This document shows positions 9,764 to 19,376 of a stretch of DNA of 64,000 bases, in pieces. The notes under the pieces are model-generated. The model ran no database searches, was not told the origin of the DNA, and saw only the letters and a program-made list of their open reading frames with translations. Numbering within the stretch: position 1 is the first letter of the stretch; every line of letters starts with the position of its first letter. The stretch comes from Acidobacteriota bacterium (GTDB lineage: Bacteria > Acidobacteriota > UBA890 > WLXD01). The stretch covers positions 1,632,001-1,696,000 of the forward strand of contig CBDBHB010000009.1 of NCBI GenBank assembly GCA_965205505.1. Direction: 5' to 3'. Made by a program: the position numbers and the translations under genes.

Positions 9764-11236
9764 TTGAGCTCTGAAGCTGCCGGAGCAACGTTTTTCGGGC
9801 ATCCCCGAGGATTGTCGACACTCTTCTTCACCGAGATGTGGGAACGGTTCAGCTTCTACGGCATGCGGGGGCTGCTGATCCTGTACTTGACCGACAGTGT
9901 TCGCGGTGGCTTCGGGCTCGACACGCCGACCGCAGCGGCGATCTACGGGCTGTACGTATTCGGTGTGTATGCGCTGGCGCTACCTGGCGGCTGGATCGCC
10001 GACCGGCTGATCGGCCAGCGAGTAGCAGTGTTGTACGGCGGCATCATCATCGCCCTCGGCCACTTTTCGATGGCGATTCCGACCACCTCTACCTTCTATC
10101 TCGGGCTCGGTTTGATCGTCGTCGGCACCGGTCTGCTGAAGCCCAACGTGTCGGCGATCGTCGGCGACCTGTATCCCGAAGGCGGAGCTCGGCGCGACGC
10201 GGGGTTCTCGGTTTTCTACATGGGGATCAACATCGGCGCGGTTCTGGGACCGACGATCTGCTCTTTCCTGGGCGAGGGCTACAACTGGCACCTGGGGTTC
10301 GGCGCTGCCGGCGTCGGTATGACTTTCGGCATCATCCAGTACGTCGTTGGTAGGCAACACCTGTTGGGCTGCGGTGAGCTACCGGAAGCGGCGCGACCGC
10401 AGGAGGTGCACGCTGCCTCGGTGCGACAGTTCTTCGCCGGGTTGGGCCTGGTAGTGGCACTGACCGTGGCCATCTTTCTGTTGAGCGCCGGCGGCTTGAT
10501 AGCGCTGACCTTGGTGGGGTTCGCGCAGGTTACCGGCGTCCTCATCACTGCTGTATCGATTGCCTACTTCGTCGGGATTATCGGGTTCGTGTGTCGCGAT
10601 ACCACCGAGCGCAAGCGAGTCTTCGCAATCTTCCTGCTATTCATCGGCGCGGCGATGTTCTGGTCGGGGTTCGAGCAAGCCGGCTCGTCGCTCAACCTGT
10701 TCGCGCGCGACTTCACCAACCGAGTGATCTTCGGTTGGGAGATGCCCGCTTCGATGCTGCAGAACATCAATCCGACGTTCATCATCCTGCTGGCTCCGGT
10801 AGTCGGGGCGCTCTGGGTGCGCCTGGGCTCGCGCAACCCGTCGATTCCGATCAAGTTCGGCCTCGGCCTCGTGCTGCTCGGCGTGGGCTTTCTGGTGCTG
10901 GCCTGGGGCGCGCAGTTCGTAACCGAGGGTAAAGTAAGCCCGATGTGGTTGGTGGTGACCTACTTCTTTCACACTGTCGGTGAGCTTTGTCTGAGTCCGG
11001 TCGGCCTGAGCTCCACGACCAAGCTCTCGCCGCAACGGTTGCAGGGCCAGATGATGGGTATCTGGTTCATGGGCACAGCTTTGGGCAACCTGATCGCCGG
11101 CCTCGCCGTCGGCTACATCGACACGCTACCGGTGGCGGAGCTGTTCAGCACCGTAGCGATGATCGTCATCGCCACCGGCGCGCTGTTCTTCATGTTCGCG
11201 ATCCCGATCCGCAAGCTCACTGTGGGCGTGAGCTAG
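9764..11236 (+). CDS. Proton-dependent oligopeptide transporter (POT/PTR family, MFS)
   Basis: 'FFTEMWERFSFYGMR' (ExxER motif), 'GTGLLKPN', 'FYMGINIG', 'GELCLSPVGLS'. Confidence 0.95.
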   Translation: MSSEAAGATFFGHPRGLSTLFFTEMWERFSFYGMRGLLILYLTDSVRGGFGLDTPTAAAIYGLYVFGVYALALPGGWIADRLIGQRVAVLYGGIIIALGHFSMAIPTTSTFYLGLGLIVVGTGLLKPNVSAIVGDLYPEGGARRDAGFSVFYMGINIGAVLGPTICSFLGEGYNWHLGFGAAGVGMTFGIIQYVVGRQHLLGCGELPEAARPQEVHAASVRQFFAGLGLVVALTVAIFLLSAGGLIALTLVGFAQVTGVLITAVSIAYFVGIIGFVCRDTTERKRVFAIFLLFIGAAMFWSGFEQAGSSLNLFARDFTNRVIFGWEMPASMLQNINPTFIILLAPVVGALWVRLGSRNPSIPIKFGLGLVLLGVGFLVLAWGAQFVTEGKVSPMWLVVTYFFHTVGELCLSPVGLSSTTKLSPQRLQGQMMGIWFMGTALGNLIAGLAVGYIDTLPVAELFSTVAMIVIATGALFFMFAIPIRKLTVGVS

Positions 11237-11247
11237 TGTCCTTACTG

Positions 11248-11439
11248 CTAGCCCAGTCGCAGGCGCATTAGCGACACGTCGTCGTCGAAGGTGCCGCCAG
11301 CGTACTCACGCAGTCGCCCGATGGCGGTATCGAGATCGTCGCCGTCCGCTGTTGTGATGATCTCGGCGAAGCCGTCGTATCCGAGCATGTGCTCGGCGTC
11401 TTCATCGCCAGGCGGGAAGATCTCGTAAACGCCATCGTC
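11248..11439 (-). pseudogene. C-terminal remnant of a PP2C/SpoIIE (RsbU-like) phosphatase
   Basis: Hand translation 'DDGVYEIF...MLGYDGF...LREYAGGTFDDDVSLMRLRLG*' carries DG and DD motifs; an in-frame TAA lies upstream and there is no start. Confidence 0.55.
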
Positions 11440-11554
11440 TTATTGGGCCTTTCTAACCCCATCCGCGAGCAGGTTATGGTCGACGTTCTTCGAGAGCGTC
11501 GCCGCCGTCGCGGAGTGATCGTCCACCAGTTCACCAGCGACGCGCCGCCGGATT

Positions 11555-13280
11555 CTAGTCAAAACGCAGAGCTAGAACGGGGCGCAACTCGTCGATGCTG
11601 CCGGGGCGTTGGCTGGGATCCTTCTCCAGCATGGCGGTCACGGCGGACTGTAGTTTGTCCGGCACTTCTTCCAATGGCAGCACCAAGGCAGCTGCGGACT
11701 CATTGAGGATCGCGCTAGCCGTGTCCATGAAGGTGGCTCGTTTGAACGGGTGGGCACCTGTCAGCATCTCTTGCAACAGCAACGCCGAAGGAGAAGATGT
11801 CGGATCGGGTGTCGACCTTCGATCCCCGTAGCTGTTCCGGTGACATGTAGGCCGGCGTTCCGATGACTGTTCCCGACTGAGTCAGCTTCGTCATCAAGTT
11901 CTGGGGCTCGCTTGCGTCGACGCGCTTGGCGATCCCGAAGTCCATGACCTTGACGTGGCCGTGGGCCGTGAGCTGGATATTCGCTGGCTTCAGGTCGCGG
12001 TGTACTAGGTCATGCCGGTGCGCTAACTGCAGCGCCTCGGCGATCTCGCCAGCGACCGCGAGCCCGCGTTTCAGCGACAAAGGGCCGTTTGCCAGCTCCG
12101 CCTCGAGCGAGGTTCCCTCGATGTACTCCATGGCGATGAAGGGCCAGTCGCCAGCCTCACCAATCTCGTAGATCTTGCAAATGAACGGATGGTCCAGCGC
12201 CGCCGCTAACCGTGCTTCGCGGAAGAGCCTTTGCTGTGCGATCGGATCTCGTCGGAGGTCGTCGGGCAGGAGCTTGAGGGCGACCTTCCGCTCCAGGGCA
12301 GTGTCGTGCGCCAACAGCACCTGACCCATACCTCCCTCACCGATCTTCTCGAGGACCTCGTACTTGCCAATCGCGCCGCTCGCCATTGGGCGATTGTCTA
12401 GGGCCGTCTGTAGTCGTGCGACGATCGGTGTCTCCTCGGTTGGTATGCCGAGGAACGATCGCATTTCATCGAGGAAGGTCTTCCAGCCGGGCTCGTCTTC
12501 CAGCAGCAGATGGTTCCTGCTGCGGATAGGTACGAAGCGCGCACCCGGCACCCGCGTGGCGATGTTGCGACCCAGTTTGAAGGGCACCACGGCGTCTTCG
12601 TCACAGTGCATCACAAGGGTGGGGACCCGGATTTGCGCCAGGCGGCCGCTGATATCCGCTTGTGCAAAGTTCTCGAGAAAGCGTGCCGCGTTATCGGACG
12701 AGGCTGATAGCCGCTGCAGCTCGTCGAACCAATCCATCTGTGCAGCTGTACCGTCAGGAATGAAGCGTTGGGTCCAAATCTGCCGATAGGCGGGGTTGTC
12801 CCTACCCCAGCCGTGTCTAGTCAGCGTTACCATCGCGTTCCAAGCCTCGATCTGTTCGGCGGAGGCGCCCGATCTGGCGATCCCCTGAGCGTAGGTTCCG
12901 AACACCACGAGGTGCGTCACGCGCTCGGGATAGCGGAAGGCGTACTCGATCGCCAGCTGACCACCCTGGGAGACGCCCAGGATCGAAAATCGATCGAGAC
13001 CCGCGGCGTCGATAATCGTCTCCAGATCCTGGAAACAGGCTTCGAACGAAACGTCGTCAACGTCCCAGTCCGATAGTCCCAGCCCCCGCTGGTCGTAACG
13101 GATCAGCGTGTGGTTGAGCGAGAGCGCCTCTGCCCAATGCCGCCAGATCGGGGTGCTCCACTCGAATTCGAGATGGCTCATCCAGTTGGCGGCCTTGACA
13201 AGCGGTGGGCCGCTCCCGCTAGTGGCATACGCGATCCGGACCCCGTCGGGAGTTTTGCAAAAGCGAGTCTGCTGTTGCAC
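11555..13280 (-). CDS. Alpha/beta hydrolase fused to a C-terminal Ser/Thr protein kinase; single-base frameshift near 11783
   Basis: 'GVSQGG' nucleophile elbow; kinase motifs 'GEGGMG', 'VALK', 'HRDLKPAN', 'DFG', 'YMSPEQ', 'SDIFSFGV', continuing in another frame as 'LLQEMLTG..PF'. Confidence 0.85.
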
Positions 13281-13775
13281 GGGGGTCGCTCCTGGCCGGG
13301 CTGGTGGCTCGCAGTCTGGGGAACGCTAGCAGTGAGGAGGGGCGATCCACCACCGGATATGCTTGAGAAAATCGGTTCTGGGTGAGTTCGTTCAGTGCCT
13401 CGCCAATGTTAGGCACTGGTCGATGCCGGGATCCGGACCGTCGCCGCACCGTCGTAGTGCCTCGGCGGTGCGTTGGCGCGGAGAGCATCTCAGCGATCAA
13501 GGCGCGTCCTACATGAAGCTCACCCCCAGACCCAGAGAGTCCACCTGGACGGCATCTGGCTTGTCGGAAAAGCCAATGTGGGCGTTGTTGAGGAACGCGA
13601 TGCGTGGTCCGATCGCGAACAATGTGCTGATGAGCGCGCGCCCGCTCAGGTTCCTTGACCGAGAAACCGACACTATGGGGTGAGCATGTCTCGAAGAGAC
13701 GAACGAGAACAAGGGAGCATCAGCCGCAGCATTGCGCGGACCGGGATATCTGAGAGCGGCGACGCTGCGGCCCAG

Positions 13776-14573
13776 ATGTCCGAAAGCGACAAGGGGCAAA
13801 TCAGCGCCAGTGCCGCTGAGGTGTACGAGGAGTTCTTCGTTCCGGCGCTCTTTGCCGAGTGGCCACCAATTCTTGCGAGCGCAGTCGGGATCAGGCCGTC
13901 GCACCGCGTTGTCGACGTTGCCTGCGGCACCGGTGTCCTGGCGCGCGCCGTCGCTGAACTTCTGAGCGATGGATCGGTAGTCGGCGTCGACATCAATGAA
14001 GGGATGCTCGATGTAGTGCGACGACGGTCACCGCAGATCGAGTGGCGTTGTGGCCCGGCTGAGGCGCTGCCGCTGGCCGATGAGAGCTTTGACGTCGCTG
14101 TCTGCCAGTTCGGCTTGATGTTCTTCGAGGATCAGCGTGCTGCGATCCAAGAGATGGTCCGGGTACTGCGCTCGGGCGGCAGGCTTGCTGTCGCCGTCTG
14201 GGATTCGCTCGAGAACGTGCCCGGCTATGCCACGATGGTCGAATTGCTCCAGCGGCTGCTTGGTGACCAGGCCGCCAATGCGTTCCGAGCGCCCTTCCTG
14301 CTGGGCGAGGTGGATACTCTCCGCAGCTTGTTCCAAACGGCCGGCATAGCCGATGTCGAGATCAGTACACATGAAGGCACGGCGCGGTTCCCGTCGATCG
14401 AGTCCTGGATCCACACCGACGTCAAGGGGTGGACGCTGGCAGACATGATCGACGACGACCAGTACGACCGACTGCTCGCGGAAGCAAAACCGGTTCTCGA
14501 ACGCTACGTTGTCGCTGATGGCACGATCGCCTTCAAGGCGTCCGGGCACATCGCCAGCGCAACGAAAGCGTGA
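13776..14573 (+). CDS. Class I SAM-dependent methyltransferase (UbiE-like)
   Basis: 'VVDVACGTG', 'FDVAVCQFGLMFF', 'RVLRSGG'. Confidence 0.9.
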   Translation: MSESDKGQISASAAEVYEEFFVPALFAEWPPILASAVGIRPSHRVVDVACGTGVLARAVAELLSDGSVVGVDINEGMLDVVRRRSPQIEWRCGPAEALPLADESFDVAVCQFGLMFFEDQRAAIQEMVRVLRSGGRLAVAVWDSLENVPGYATMVELLQRLLGDQAANAFRAPFLLGEVDTLRSLFQTAGIADVEISTHEGTARFPSIESWIHTDVKGWTLADMIDDDQYDRLLAEAKPVLERYVVADGTIAFKASGHIASATKA

Positions 14574-14765
14574 TCGCGCGAGCTTCGACGACCGACTCCA
14601 TCAATCGAGATCGCCGACGATCAGCCTCAACTCTGCGATACGGCAACATCCGCACGCTGCAGGATCTGACGCTGGTGAACCTGGCCAGGATTCGAGAGTC
14701 GCAGCTAGCGTTGCTCCTGGAGGCTGCAGGCACCGCAAGAGTGCAGGCGCGGGAGGTGCAGGCCA

Positions 14766-15044
14766 CTAGTGCTCCTGATCATAAGTACGGTGACGTTTGC
14801 AGGAGCGAGATGCGGGCGAGATCAAGGAAGGGTGAGGAAGGCGATGCCTTAGCCATCCTCGACGAGCCCTGACGCCGAGATCGCCCGCATCTCGCTCCTG
14901 CCCTCCGGGTGGCCGCGGGACCGGCCACCTTGGGCGTCGCGGTGCCTCGACGATACACCCAGCATCGCCCTCGTCGCCGCTCCTACAATTCGCCCCGGTC
15001 GCGCGCGCCACAAACGTCACCGTACTTATGATCAGGAGCACTAG
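14766..15044. mobile_element. MITE-like element with perfect 35-bp terminal inverted repeats and CTAG at both ends
   Basis: ACTAGTGCTCCTGATCATAAGTACGGTGACGTTTG (14765) and its exact reverse complement (15011-15045); internal hairpins. Confidence 0.85.
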
Positions 15045-15067
15045 TAGCTCGTCTCGTAGCGAATGGA

Positions 15068-15538
15068 CTACGAGGCCGGTCGGGTCAATGCCCAAAGCGG
15101 TAGAAGACCGAGACAGCCGAAGGTTGCAAGCCTCGTCAACGCGATCTTCTGCCAGGTCGTCCCCCGATCCAAGAGCGCCGCGTCGATCGTCTCCGAATAG
15201 GGTGACGATACGAGCGCCGTGTACCCGGGAAAGATGTAGGCGAGCGAGACGATTGAGATCGCGATCGATCCGACTAGGGCGGAGAGCAGAAGCGTGCGCC
15301 GTGTACTGCGCCAATTTGCCGCGAGCGCTGCAACCAGGAACACGATAGCGAGCGTGTTAGTGATCCGCCAGAACGGTGCCGGATTGTAGACGTACTCGCC
15401 CTGGTACATCGCAAGAGAGGCCGGCGGCGCGGACAGAGCGACGGGGGTGATGGACGCCTGGCTGTAGGCATCGGCGCCGACGAGCAGGTAGTGAGTGACA
15501 ATCGCGCCTATCAGCAGAACGTCTCGGACCCTATCCAT
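15068..15538 (-). CDS. Small membrane protein (DUF1772 / anthrone-oxygenase-like)
   Basis: Four hydrophobic segments; 'SAPPASLAMYQGEY..FW'. Confidence 0.6.
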   Translation of the reverse strand: MDRVRDVLLIGAIVTHYLLVGADAYSQASITPVALSAPPASLAMYQGEYVYNPAPFWRITNTLAIVFLVAALAANWRSTRRTLLLSALVGSIAISIVSLAYIFPGYTALVSSPYSETIDAALLDRGTTWQKIALTRLATFGCLGLLPLWALTRPAS

Positions 15539-15899
15539 GCGGGAATCCCTCTTGTTGCCGCCATCGCCTCGACTTGGGGAAGCCTTCTCCTAGAAGTATT
15601 CGGTTGCACTTCCCGTCCGGGCATAGTTCATGAATCTCGCAGCCAATGCAAAGGGCGGCCGTCGGTCTGTCCATGAGCTACCCTCCGGTGCTTGAAGCTC
15701 ACCCCCAGCACCCAGATAGCCCACCTCGACGGCATCTGGATCACGACCTCCTTGGCCCTGCTGCAATGCAACATACGCACGCTGCAGGACCTTTCGCTGG
15801 TGAGCCTGGCAACCACACCGACAGAGATCGACGAGCAGTAGTTGGCGATTCTGCGGAGGCCGGCGAGGTGGCCGGAGTGCAGCATCGGGAGGTGTAGAG

Positions 15900-16331
15900 A
15901 TGACTCAAGTGCATGTGGTTCTACCAGAAGACGACGCAACGACGATCTACGGCGCCGGTGATGAGTATCGGTTCCTGATCACAGGCGACCAGTCGAGCGG
16001 CCGGTACTTCGCCATGGAGGCGTTTGTACCACCGGGAGCTGGACCACCGCCTCACATCCAGAATCGGGAAGAAGAGGCCTTCTACGTGCTATCCGGCGAG
16101 GTGGTTTTCTACGCGAATGGTCAGCGTATCTCCGGAAAAGCAGGGACGTTTCTTCACGTACCGCGCGGAGTACCACACCGTTTCAAGAACGAATCGACTG
16201 CCGATTCGAGGCTCTTGATATGGTTCGGACCAGCGGGGATAGAGGCGATGATGGAGCGCATGGCGGCAGACCCAGACAACTATGTTGCGATTGGCGCCGA
16301 GCATGGGGTTGAGTTCGTCGACGAGGCTTGA
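15900..16331 (+). CDS. Cupin-domain protein (quercetin dioxygenase-like)
   Basis: 'GPPPHIQNREEEAFYVLSGE' and 'GTFLHVPRGVPHRFKN' cupin motifs. Confidence 0.85.
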   Translation: MTQVHVVLPEDDATTIYGAGDEYRFLITGDQSSGRYFAMEAFVPPGAGPPPHIQNREEEAFYVLSGEVVFYANGQRISGKAGTFLHVPRGVPHRFKNESTADSRLLIWFGPAGIEAMMERMAADPDNYVAIGAEHGVEFVDEA

Positions 16332-16428
16332 CGACCTCGCCCCAAACCCCGTCGAAGATCCCAGAGCAGCAGCTGGCGATTCTGCTGGAGGCTGCTGAGG
16401 TGGAGCCGCGGGAGCTGCAGCTCAGGTA

Positions 16429-16626
16429 CTAGTGTCCTGAGTCAGGAATCCGTTGCATATTGCTGCCCCTATATCGTCCCAGCCTTCCGGGTGGCGGCGG
16501 GACCGGCCGCCTCCGGCGTCGGCGCTCCTCGACGATGCTCATTGCATCGCTGTCGTCGCGCCTCCTGGGATCCGGCTTGGTCGCGCTCGCCACAATATGC
16601 AACGGATCCCTGAATCAGGACACTAG
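16429..16626. mobile_element. MITE-like element with 34-bp TIRs (2 mismatches) and CTAG ends
   Basis: CTAGTGTCCTGAGTCAGGAATCCGTTGCATATTG ... CAATATGCAACGGATCCCTGAATCAGGACACTAG; interior 'CCGGGTGGC.GCGGGACCGGCC' shared with the 14766 element. Confidence 0.85.
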
Positions 16627-16700
16627 CCGGCCTTGCGTCGGTCCTCTGGCTCCGCGTCCTCGAAGTCGGTCGCGGTCGTTTGCCGGAGTCTCAGCGGCGA

Positions 16701-17636
16701 TCACCCTGAGGCTCCTGGCGTCTGCGCTGCCAGCTTGCGGAAGTAGAGCGCCAGTCCTCTCCACGAATCGCCGGCCCCGCCTTCGTTCAGATACACGTCG
16801 ACGTCGCCCGCCAGGGTCGCCTCGAGGTCAACTCGCACGCGCCGGCAAAACCGTTCCACGTGCCCCTCGTCGTCATCTGTGTCGCTTTGCAGATCGGCGC
16901 GCACGATCGCCGCCCAGTCGGCCAGCCGCCGCTGGTGTTCGTCAATGTGCGGCGCCACCGGGCGGGCGGGACCGAAATGGGTGAGGCACAGGAGAGTAGG
17001 ATTCCAGGCACGGATCTTGGCAGCGGAGTCCTCCCATCCTGCAAGGTCGACGTCCGCCGGTGGCGTGGCCGGCATGACGTAGGGACGGTTGTCGATACGG
17101 ATGCCGAGCGTGTCGCCAACATAGGCCGCGCCCGTGCTCGGGTCGAAGTAGCCGACGTGATGCTTGGCATGGCCCGGCGTGTGCTCTACGACGATCTCCC
17201 GAGCGCCGATGTGGATGGCTTCGCCACCGTCGAGCGCTTCGACATTGGCCTCTGTAACGCCCACGAACTCGCCCCATAGCTCGTCCATCATGTCTCCGTA
17301 GACGCGCTCGGCGCTGGCCAGCAGCCGTGTAGGGTCGGTCATGTGGGGGGCCCCGCGGCGATGCACGTAGACGCGGATCGACGGGTTGCGAGCCACCAGC
17401 GTGCCGGTGGCTCCGGCATGGTCGAGGTGGATGTGGGTGAGCAGAATGGCGCTGACATTGTCGATCGACAGACCTCCGAGCCGCAGCCCGTCTTCGAGGG
17501 CCGCCAGTGTCGACGTGGGGCCAGGATCCACCAGCGCGACGCCGTCGCCGGTCTCGATGACGTAGCAGCCGAGGTACTCGGGGCTGCCACGAAAGCGCAA
17601 GTCGATCAAATGCGTTCCCGGGGCGATCGGCCTCAC
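16701..17636 (-). CDS. MBL-fold metallo-hydrolase
   Basis: 'THIHLDHAGA' HxHxDH motif, 'TPGHAKHH'; GTG start overlaps the upstream stop. Confidence 0.92.
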   Translation of the reverse strand: MRPIAPGTHLIDLRFRGSPEYLGCYVIETGDGVALVDPGPTSTLAALEDGLRLGGLSIDNVSAILLTHIHLDHAGATGTLVARNPSIRVYVHRRGAPHMTDPTRLLASAERVYGDMMDELWGEFVGVTEANVEALDGGEAIHIGAREIVVEHTPGHAKHHVGYFDPSTGAAYVGDTLGIRIDNRPYVMPATPPADVDLAGWEDSAAKIRAWNPTLLCLTHFGPARPVAPHIDEHQRRLADWAAIVRADLQSDTDDDEGHVERFCRRVRVDLEATLAGDVDVYLNEGGAGDSWRGLALYFRKLAAQTPGASG

Positions 17637-19270
17637 GAGTCGAGCCAGTAGTCTTTGTAGGTCTCGCGCAAGACCAACTTCTTGAACTTGCCGGTGGAGG
17701 TTCGCGGAATGGTGTCGGTGATCTCCATCGCGTCCGGAAGCCACCAGCTGGCGAAGTGCGGGCGCAGGTAGTCGCGCATCTGTTCGAGCGTCATCGTCTG
17801 TCCGTCTACCAGCACCACCACGGCCAACGGACGCTCGCTCCACTTCGGGTGTTCCACCGGGATCACCGCCGCCTCGGCGATGCTCGGGTGGCCCATGAGG
17901 GCATTCTCGAGCGCGATCGAGCTGATCCACTCGCCGCCCGACTTGATGAGGTCCTTCGATCGGTCCTCGATGCGCACGTAGCCTTGCTCATCGATGCTCA
18001 CGATATCGCCGGTCCGAAACCAACCGTCATCGGTAAAGCTCTCGCTGCCCTGATCGCTTTCGTAGTAGGCGCTGGCGACCCACGGGCCGCGGACCTCGAG
18101 CTCTCCCATGGTTGCCCCGTCCCACGGCACCAGTCCGTCGTCGCCACGAGCGCGCAGGTCAACCAGCGGGGACATGCGTCCCTGCTTGGCGCGCAGCGCC
18201 AGGCGCTCATCGCGATCGAGTTCATCGTTGGCGGGCCCGACCCTACAGATCGTTCCCAGGGGAGATGTCTCGGTCATGCCCCAGGCGTGTACCACCTGTA
18301 GGTCGTGGCGCTCTTCGAGCGCCTGGATCATGGCAGGCGGAGCGGCGGCGCCGCCCACGATCATCAGATCCAGAGCGCTGAGGTCATAGCGATCGGGCTC
18401 GGCGTCGAGATGTTCGAGGATCCCCATCCAGATCGTCGGGACACCGGCAGTGATGGTCACCTGCTCGCTGGCGAAGAGCTCGCACAGGCTCTCCGGATCG
18501 AGATGAGGGCCGGGGAACACTTGCTTGGCACCGAGCATCAAGCAGACGTACGGCGTGCCCCACGCGTTGACGTGGAACATCGGAACCACAGGCAGCATCA
18601 CGCTGCGCTCGTTGATGCCGAACATGTCGGCCAGACCTAGCGCCATGGCATGCAGGATCATCGACCGATGGGAATACACCACCCCCTTCGGCAACCCTGT
18701 GGTGCCTGACGTGTAGCACATTGCCGCCGCGTCGTTCTCGTCCAGGTCGACGACGCGATAGTCGTCCGGGTCGGCCTCGGCGATCAGCGCCTCGTAATCG
18801 AGCATGCCGTCCGGTAACTCGGGCGCGGCGACCCCTTCGGGCAGCTGTGACATCACCACGATTCGCTCCGCATCGATCCGGTCTATTACCTTCTCGAGCA
18901 GTGGTAGCAGGGTGGCGTCGGCGAGAATCAGCCGGTCGTCGGCGTGATTGATGATGTAGGCGAGGTCGTCCGGGTGCAGCCGGAGGTTCAACGTGTGGAG
19001 GACAGCGCCCATCGCCGGCACCCCGAGATACGCCTCCAGGTGCTGGTAGTGAGTCCACGCCAGGGTGCCGACACGGTCGCCCTTACCGATCCCCCGCTGG
19101 CGGAGTGCCACGGCGAGTCGGCGCGCCCGTTGCGCGAAGTCGCCGATGGTGTAGCGGTGGATCGACTTGTCCGGCCTGCGCGACACGATTTCGCGATGCG
19201 AATAAAGGCTCTCGGCACGGTCGAGAAGAATCGGCAGCGTTAGCTGATAGTCCATCATCAGACCGCGCAT
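17633..19270 (-). CDS. Long/medium-chain fatty-acid--CoA ligase (AlkK/DmdB-like)
   Basis: '[12 protein letters not shown]', 'WGMTET', 'GWFRTGD', '[13 protein letters not shown]'. Confidence 0.95.
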   Translation of the reverse strand: MRGLMMDYQLTLPILLDRAESLYSHREIVSRRPDKSIHRYTIGDFAQRARRLAVALRQRGIGKGDRVGTLAWTHYQHLEAYLGVPAMGAVLHTLNLRLHPDDLAYIINHADDRLILADATLLPLLEKVIDRIDAERIVVMSQLPEGVAAPELPDGMLDYEALIAEADPDDYRVVDLDENDAAAMCYTSGTTGLPKGVVYSHRSMILHAMALGLADMFGINERSVMLPVVPMFHVNAWGTPYVCLMLGAKQVFPGPHLDPESLCELFASEQVTITAGVPTIWMGILEHLDAEPDRYDLSALDLMIVGGAAAPPAMIQALEERHDLQVVHAWGMTETSPLGTICRVGPANDELDRDERLALRAKQGRMSPLVDLRARGDDGLVPWDGATMGELEVRGPWVASAYYESDQGSESFTDDGWFRTGDIVSIDEQGYVRIEDRSKDLIKSGGEWISSIALENALMGHPSIAEAAVIPVEHPKWSERPLAVVVLVDGQTMTLEQMRDYLRPHFASWWLPDAMEITDTIPRTSTGKFKKLVLRETYKDYWLDS

Positions 19271-19376
19271 GGTCGGCTCCCAGACGGGTTAATCGGATGG
19301 TGTCGTGGCGCGTCCCGGCCCTGTTGCCCGGCGCGCTGCCGGGGGGGCACGGCGGCCCAAAGCATATACTTCGCTC

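Larger units (their letters stand above)
13515..16432 (+). repeat. Four degenerate remnants of one unknown ORF (13515-13559, 14628-14769, 15692-15897, 16346-16432)
   Basis: Shared DNA and peptide: 'HLDGIW' (copies 1 and 3), 'NIRTLQDL.LV.LA' (copies 2 and 3), 'QLA.LLEAA..REVQ/RELQ' (copies 2, 3 and 4). Confidence 0.75.

Noticed and set aside
13480-16630. Integron attC array or CRISPR array
   Set aside because: No GTTRRRY/RYYYAAC boxes, no intI, and no identical regularly spaced repeats or cas genes.
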